Shown here: one piece after another, positions 58,357 through 64,000 of the stretch
How the letters are laid out: each line of letters opens with the position of its first letter
Position numbering within the stretch: position 1 is the stretch's first letter
Assembly (NCBI RefSeq): GCF_007750395.1
Contig: NZ_CP036281.1
Coordinates: 159,211 to 223,210 of the forward strand
Reading direction: 5' to 3'
Length of the DNA: 64,000 bases
From: Polystyrenella longa
GTDB taxonomy: Bacteria; Planctomycetota; Planctomycetia; Planctomycetales; Planctomycetaceae
Position numbers and translations under genes: made by a program
The notes under the pieces: model-generated
What the model was told of the DNA's origin: nothing
Databases searched by the model: none
What the model saw: only the letters and a program-made list of their open reading frames with translations

Positions 58357-60015
58357 TTACCATTTCCGTGGAAGATGTGGTGCCGCTGTCGGAGGGATTG
58401 GTCTACGGCCCCGAATCAATGGAAGCCCTGCCGCGAAAGGTTGCATGCGGGATCGCGCCGCCGGATAGGAGCCCGGATGGGATTGAATCGGAGTGGTCCG
58501 AGAAGGAGTGACCTGGACCGGACCCGACTGTGGTCGCATCACATCTGTGATCTGAGAACGGAGTAGAGGATCGGGAGAAGCGACATTCTGTGGCGAGTCG
58601 GTTCTCTCTGATTCAGACGAGGCAGGCTCTGTGGTTGGAAGAAATACGAAGTCGGTTACGTATTTGCCCACGTCGGCCCGCTGATAAAAACTCGACCACA
58701 AGTGCGCTGTCCCGATGAAAGGAGCCAGATCGAACTCTTTGATTTTAGTCATGCTTGGTCCGATGAACGACCGGTCTTGCGGAGTGAAACCAACGCGTCC
58801 CAGCGGTTCCGCACCAGTGGAACCTTGTACGGAATAAAATGCGAGCGCAAGATCGTTGCTGTTTTTCATGTTCAGAATGCGGTCGGTGACGTGAACGACT
58901 CGGTCATTCCGCTGCCCCGGTTGCAACCAGAAGTGATCAAACGCGGCCGCGATGAAGATCGCCTGAATATCCGCTTGATCCTGGCGGTCTTTCCATTTCT
59001 GAGAGTGATCCAGATCGTGTAACGTCTGGGCACACATTCGGGCTCCATGTGAATGACCGAGCAATGTGACGGGAGATTTCTCAGGAAGTGAGAGTACCGC
59101 ATCCTGTAGGTAACGAGCGTTGTAAGAAGAACGACTGCCCAGTCGTTCGACATCGGTGACCAGCAGACCGGTTAGCTGTGAGGAACTGGGCCAGGTAAAG
59201 AAGACAATCTGTAAGGGTTCCTCGTCAGCCGATTTCTTCAACCAGTGATAGAGATGCCCACTCTCAAATCGAAGGCTTTCCCAGGAGGTAAAACTTCCAT
59301 GCACCATGATGCAGACGGGGGTGCCGGGTTTGAACCATTCCTCGTACTTTTCACGCGGGTAACGACGGAATGTGCGGTCCCGATCAAAATGAACGTAGTC
59401 GAGCATCGGCGGTTGGCCATTCAGTTTCCATTCTTCCCGGGGAGACTGAGGCAAGCTCCGGCTACTGACAATCCAGTAGTCCGCTTCGCGCCAGGTGCCT
59501 CCCTCCGCTTCTTTGGCAGGGCCGGTAGACGAGGCATTCAGACGCGTGGTGGGAGCAGGCGCTTGCTGCGGTGGCAAAGGGTCGGCCTGGATTCGGGGAG
59601 CAGGGGATCCCGGCTGGCCGTAGGTGCGCGGCGTGGTCGGTTTGAGGACGCGATTATTGATCTGTGGTGGCGAAGTTGTACGTGGCTGTTGTGATGGATT
59701 TCCAGTCGTGGGGGTGGGGCGATATGACGGAATCTGGATGCGGGGAGTCACCAGAATATCGGGGGCTGCTTCTTCCGTTCCCTTGATGAAGGTCGGGGTA
59801 GGTGCGTCTTCGGAAGCAGCCGGATTGTATTGAGGCAGCGGGACGGTTGGAGTCACCGAGGACGTTGGGTTCTCCGGAACAGGCGCCGAAATGCTGGGAG
59901 GTAACAGTGTCGGTCCGTTGCTCTGACCCATTACGAGAGGGGAGCAACCAAACAACAATGCCATCATCAAGAGTGTTTGAAAAATGGAAGGAACGTGCGC
60001 CATCGGTTCCACCAA
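58357..60015 (-). CDS. Lipoprotein with Pro/Thr-rich linker and alpha/beta-hydrolase (DUF900-like esterase/lipase) domain
   Basis: Lipobox 'LLFGCSP'. ~200 aa P/T/S/Q-rich low-complexity region. Hydrolase core 'CIMVHGSFTSW...VTLLGHSHGARM' (GHSxG nucleophile elbow). Confidence 0.65.
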   Translation of the reverse strand: MVEPMAHVPSIFQTLLMMALLFGCSPLVMGQSNGPTLLPPSISAPVPENPTSSVTPTVPLPQYNPAASEDAPTPTFIKGTEEAAPDILVTPRIQIPSYRPTPTTGNPSQQPRTTSPPQINNRVLKPTTPRTYGQPGSPAPRIQADPLPPQQAPAPTTRLNASSTGPAKEAEGGTWREADYWIVSSRSLPQSPREEWKLNGQPPMLDYVHFDRDRTFRRYPREKYEEWFKPGTPVCIMVHGSFTSWESLRFESGHLYHWLKKSADEEPLQIVFFTWPSSSQLTGLLVTDVERLGSRSSYNARYLQDAVLSLPEKSPVTLLGHSHGARMCAQTLHDLDHSQKWKDRQDQADIQAIFIAAAFDHFWLQPGQRNDRVVHVTDRILNMKNSNDLALAFYSVQGSTGAEPLGRVGFTPQDRSFIGPSMTKIKEFDLAPFIGTAHLWSSFYQRADVGKYVTDFVFLPTTEPASSESERTDSPQNVASPDPLLRSQITDVMRPQSGPVQVTPSRTTPIQSHPGSYPAARSRMQPFAAGLPLIRGRRPIPPTAAPHLPRKW

Positions 60016-60454
60016 TCGTTCATAAGCGAGTTCAACAGGGGGCCATCAACTCTGGTTAAAATCGACGTGATTCGAGATACGTCGATCTGTAGAAAGTAAA
60101 TCGACCGGGATCAAAACCGTTTCTACTAAGAAAGCGGAGCCGATTCGTATTTGTTACTGAACCCAGGAGTCTAGCGTCATGTCTGTTGGCTCCCGCATGA
60201 AAAAAGTCTGGAAATCCATTCCAGGTTGATTTTTTCGATAAGGGTGCGGATCAGTCGGTAGAGGTGGACCTGGGGGTAGGGTTCGACTCTGTTGCCTGGG
60301 GTGACTTTGCGGTTGGGTCAGAGTCCGAGGGGATTCAGTTACCCCATTCCCCCTGGAAGCGACAGAGGTAATTGTGGCGACCGCGACAGGGCAGGCACAA
60401 GAACTTTTTTAAACCGGTTGGCAAGAGCATCGAAAAAGTCTTCTAGCTCAACTC

Positions 60455-62014
60455 TTATTCCAGAACGAGGCCCAGGCTCGGGTAGCGATCTGCGTAATAA
60501 CCCTGTTTTTTAAGAGCGATGGCGGTTTTTTCCAGGCTGGTGGAAAGCAGGTCAATTTCGTCCGCACTGAGGCGGTTTAGTAGTTTGGGTAATTCATATG
60601 CGTTTTGTAAACGATCGATCTCTGTGTAATTTTCCGTCAATCCCAAGGTAATAATTTCACCCGCACGGGACTGGCTGAAAAAAACCATTTCCTCTTGTCT
60701 GTTGGTCGTGTCTTTGACTTCTTCGAACAAATCCATGGCTTCGGTATATAAGCCTTTGACCAGATAAAGATGAGCCAGACGCAGCTGAGCAAATTTCTGG
60801 TATTTGCGATACTCCGTTTCCTGTCCCTGAAATTCTGCCGGATTGTTGATGAGCGCCCGCAACGCCTCTTCGGCCCGTTCTTCCTGATTGAGAGCGTACA
60901 GGTATTGATCGGACGGAGTCTGCTTCAGATTTGTTGGAGGGGTTTCTGGCAGCTTGAAGAGATCACCCGGTCGCTGGCTGAAAGCAATTCCGCCAGAGAT
61001 GCCCGCGACGAGTAGAGCGCTCGCGACCATCACGCCGATCGTTTTGCCTATGGTCCAATTGAAAGGAGTGGCCGTAGGAATCTCGAGGTTGGTCTCCCAG
61101 TCGTTGACAACAGGTTCTGTCGAGGGAACCGATTTTGGGAAGAGGCGTTTAAGCTCGTTTAGAATCTCCTGACAATCGCTGTATCGTTTACGACGGTCTT
61201 TGGCCATCATCTTTTCGACAACGCGCCCCAGTTCTGCCGGTAGATCAGGGCGATGTTTACTCAACGGAACCGGTTTTTCGTTGATGTGCTTCATGGCAAT
61301 CGTGACGGCGTTCGTTCCCTGGAAGGGAGGTTTGCCGGACAACATGCAGTAGCAGGTCACCCCGAGAGAATAGATGTCGGAGCGTTGGTCCAGTTCATGA
61401 CCATGAACCTGTTCGGGGCTCATGTAAAGCGGCGTTCCCAAAGTGGTTCCGGCTTGCGTCAGATTTCCTTTGTCTTCTTGCCGTACAATTCTCGCCAGCC
61501 CGAAGTCAGCCACTTTCACTTGCCCTTTCCGATTGAGCAAGATGTTGTCCGGCTTGATGTCACGGTGCACGATGCCAATTTCGCCCGCTTTCTGCAGGGC
61601 AGAGGCGATTTGACGCAGGAGTGAGATCGTCAGTTTCAGGTCGAGCGGCCCATGTTTATCGATGTACTGTCGTAAGTTGACACCCTGGACATATTCCTGA
61701 GCAATGTAGTGATACCCCTGCTCCTCACCAATGCTGTATACCTGTACGATATTCGGGTGGTTCAGCGCCGCGGCTGCGGCCGCTTCCTGCGAGAAACGTT
61801 TCAGGTACGTCTCATCTTCCTCATTCTCCAGTAGTTCCGGCTTCAGAAGTTTAAGCGCGACCTGGCGGTGGAGTGATTTCTGTTGCGCCAGAAAAACAGA
61901 GGACATGCCCCCTGTTCCCAGGTGTCGCAATAAATGAAAATCACCCAGCTCCAGGCCAATCAATCGACTGGCGGAGGTCTGCGAAGGATTATTTGGCGGA
62001 GATTGTTTCACCAC
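60455..62014 (-). CDS. Serine/threonine protein kinase with C-terminal TM and TPR-like region
   Basis: 'LGTGGMSSVFLA..VALKLL', 'HRDIKPDNILLN', 'DFGLAR', 'SPEQ'. TM 'IGVMVASALLVAGISGGIAF'. TPR-like C-terminus. Confidence 0.85.
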   Translation of the reverse strand: MVKQSPPNNPSQTSASRLIGLELGDFHLLRHLGTGGMSSVFLAQQKSLHRQVALKLLKPELLENEEDETYLKRFSQEAAAAAALNHPNIVQVYSIGEEQGYHYIAQEYVQGVNLRQYIDKHGPLDLKLTISLLRQIASALQKAGEIGIVHRDIKPDNILLNRKGQVKVADFGLARIVRQEDKGNLTQAGTTLGTPLYMSPEQVHGHELDQRSDIYSLGVTCYCMLSGKPPFQGTNAVTIAMKHINEKPVPLSKHRPDLPAELGRVVEKMMAKDRRKRYSDCQEILNELKRLFPKSVPSTEPVVNDWETNLEIPTATPFNWTIGKTIGVMVASALLVAGISGGIAFSQRPGDLFKLPETPPTNLKQTPSDQYLYALNQEERAEEALRALINNPAEFQGQETEYRKYQKFAQLRLAHLYLVKGLYTEAMDLFEEVKDTTNRQEEMVFFSQSRAGEIITLGLTENYTEIDRLQNAYELPKLLNRLSADEIDLLSTSLEKTAIALKKQGYYADRYPSLGLVLE

Positions 62015-62482
62015 GGATGAGTGCTTGTCTGGCAGCGGAGAAGTCGGGATGGAGTCACTACAGTGCGATCAATCGAAACCCATCAGGTGGATTGGCTCCG
62101 ATGAAGCCAGTCGACTGACAGGTATGTTATCATACTCCATGCTGCTGGCGGTTCCTAGATCCTGACGGGAAGAACTCAGAAGCTGAAAGGGCGGAATGGA
62201 TGTTCCGTTGATAGGAATGGGTGGCCGAAATCCTCTGAAAGAGGAAAACAGGCGGAATCTGACAGGGGAGTCCCTTCAAAGTCGATCAGAAGTCTCGATA
62301 ATGTGAATACGTAAAAGCTTCTTGGAAGTCACTCCGCTTTTTCCTCATCGAGACGTGATAATAGACATAAAAGCAGCGTTGAAACTGCAGACCGGGACCT
62401 GTTTACAGAATAGGTTTTCACGCGATCTCACGGTGATTTCAAGTAGCTCATGACAAAAAGCCTGCGGGTTGGAGGTGTAAGG

Positions 62483-64000
62483 TGCCGTATCTGATTTTGG
62501 AAGAGGGATCACCCGATCAGGAAATGATCGAGCTCGATTCCGATTTGATTCTGCTGGGGCGGCACCCCGACTGTGCAATTCGCTTGAACGATATCGCCGT
62601 TAGCCGTCAGCATGCCCGGATCGTCAAGCAGAACGAGCAATATTTCATCGAAGATCTCCACAGCCGGAATCAAACGCTCGTCAATGGTCAGGCAATTCAG
62701 GGAAAGCTGCGTCTTCGCAACAAAGACTGTATCAAAATCTGTGGATTCTCGTTCCGGTTTCGGCGATCGGAGTCGAGTTCGACGCTATTGTCCCCCGTTG
62801 GTGGACATGACAGTCAGGAAACGATGCGGCTTGATTCCCGCACCGCAGTGGATGGCGAGGGTTCGTCTTCCAAAATAATTCAGGAGGCCCTGCTGAATGA
62901 AGGAAAGTTTGAGAATGATACCGCCGTCATTCAAACCTTGAAGATGAAACGTCCGGGTGCAAACCCGGTGATGGATCCCGCGCGTGCCGAAACCAAGCTG
63001 AAAGCGATTCTGGAAATCAGCAAAGCGTTGGGCGCAACCTTAAAACTGCAACCGGTGATGCAGACGATTATGAGACAGGCGTTTGCTTTATTCCCGCAAA
63101 CAGATTCTGTGTTTTTAATTATGAAAGATCGCCAAACGGGTGAACTCACTATTCCCGCGAGTAAACATCAAAGTCATATTGATCCCAAAACAGCCCGGGC
63201 AAGTAAAACAATGGTCGAGTTGGCAATGAACTCTCGCGAAGCCGTCCTGAGCCAGAACTCGCTGGAAGACAGTCGGTTCACCTCCAGCGAATCGATGCAG
63301 GATATGGACGCGAGTTCCACAATCTGCGTACCACTCGTCGAGGCCTCGGGAACCGTTCTGGGCGCTTTACAACTGACGACCAGCGACCTGCGCGAAACCT
63401 ATACCGACGAAGACCTTGATGTCCTCCTGAGTGTCGGTTCGCAAGTCAGTCTGGCCATTCAGAACGCGTATCAGCATGAATTGTTGCTTAAACAACATGA
63501 ACTAGAACGCGAACTCGAATTTGCAATGCGGGTTCAGTTGGGTTTTCTGCCGTCCGAACGTCCTAAGGTCGACGGTTACGAATTCTGTGATTACTACGAA
63601 GCAGCCAAACATGTGGGGGGGGACTACTTTGACTACATTCATCTTCCCAATGAGCGACTGGCGATTGTTCTGGGCGATGTAGCCGGGAAAGGGGTGCCAG
63701 CGGCGCTGTTCATGGCGAGACTCCTTTCTTCGACGAGAAATCACCTGATGACCGAAATATCCGCCTCGGCAACGATAGAAGCAATGAACGCCGAATTGTC
63801 GGCCAGTGACCTCGGCTTTCGATTTATTACCCTCGTCATGCTGGTGCTGGATCTGAAAACGAATAAAATCTCTCTCGTCAACGCGGGGCATATGCCTCCC
63901 TTGCTGATCGATGCCAAAGGAGAAATTCGTGCTCTAGGCAAGGAAATTTCTGGTATGCCGTTGGGCGTAAATCCGGATCAGAAATTCCGGGAGCTGGAAT
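62483..64000 (+). CDS. FHA - GAF - PP2C (SpoIIE/RsbU-type) serine phosphatase; 3'-truncated at the window edge
   Basis: Hand translation from GTG 62483 (RBS GGAGGTG 6 nt upstream). FHA 'LILLGRHPDCAIRLNDIAVSRQHARIV..YFIEDLHSRNQTLVNGQAI'. GAF-like middle. PP2C 'GGDYFDYIHLPNERLAIVLGDVAGKGVPAALFMARL'. Open to position 64000. Absent from the ORF track for lack of a stop. Confidence 0.75.

Noticed and set aside
1-64000. CRISPR arrays or other regularly spaced short direct repeats
   Set aside because: No series of 25-40 bp direct repeats with uniform spacers was seen on reading the window. The only dispersed repeats are the three REP-like copies.

Overview
This 64 kb window reads as a contiguous chromosomal segment of a Planctomycetota-type genome, roughly 50-55% GC. 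The phylum call rests on three things: a DUF1559/prepilin-type N-terminal 'H-X9-DG' family protein, two ECF sigma factor / Ser-Thr kinase pairs (one kinase fused to a zinc-finger anti-sigma-like N-terminus and a WD40 propeller), and giant PQQ/TPR and prenyltransferase-repeat proteins. Gene content is mostly housekeeping and signalling. Housekeeping genes include the 5' end of cheA, an nfeD-floA (SPFH/flotillin) operon, a GT4 glycosyltransferase, cinA, recQ, gltX, parB, dprA, pgl, mobA, a CDF transporter, rhomboid, LOG, a diheme cytochrome c, homocysteine S-methyltransferase and several GNAT/SDR/hydrolase genes. Signalling genes include three Ser/Thr kinases, two ECF sigma factors and an FHA-GAF-PP2C phosphatase. 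Three tRNA genes are present. One is atypical: it carries a UAG anticodon on a class-I body. I did not find a CRISPR array, a prophage or a recognisable defence operon. The non-standard content is the following. (1) A REP/RAYT-type element: an IS200-like HuH tyrosine transposase gene with an in-frame ochre stop, bracketed by inverted ~55-bp palindromic REP repeats. A third REP copy sits immediately 3' of mobA. (2) A frameshifted ASCH-domain gene. (3) A second SPFH protein with an N-terminal fourfold tandem repeat, located just after the odd tRNA. (4) An ~0.9 kb AT-rich non-coding tract preceding an 843-aa protein built from four tandem ConA/LamG-like modules, followed by a DUF4328 zinc-ribbon membrane protein. 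(5) Two genes missed by the supplied ORF track because they run off the window edges: cheA at the 5' edge on the minus strand, and an FHA-GAF-PP2C phosphatase at the 3' edge on the plus strand. All coordinates for RNA genes, repeats and edge genes were read by hand and should be confirmed with tRNAscan-SE, ARAGORN and BLAST.
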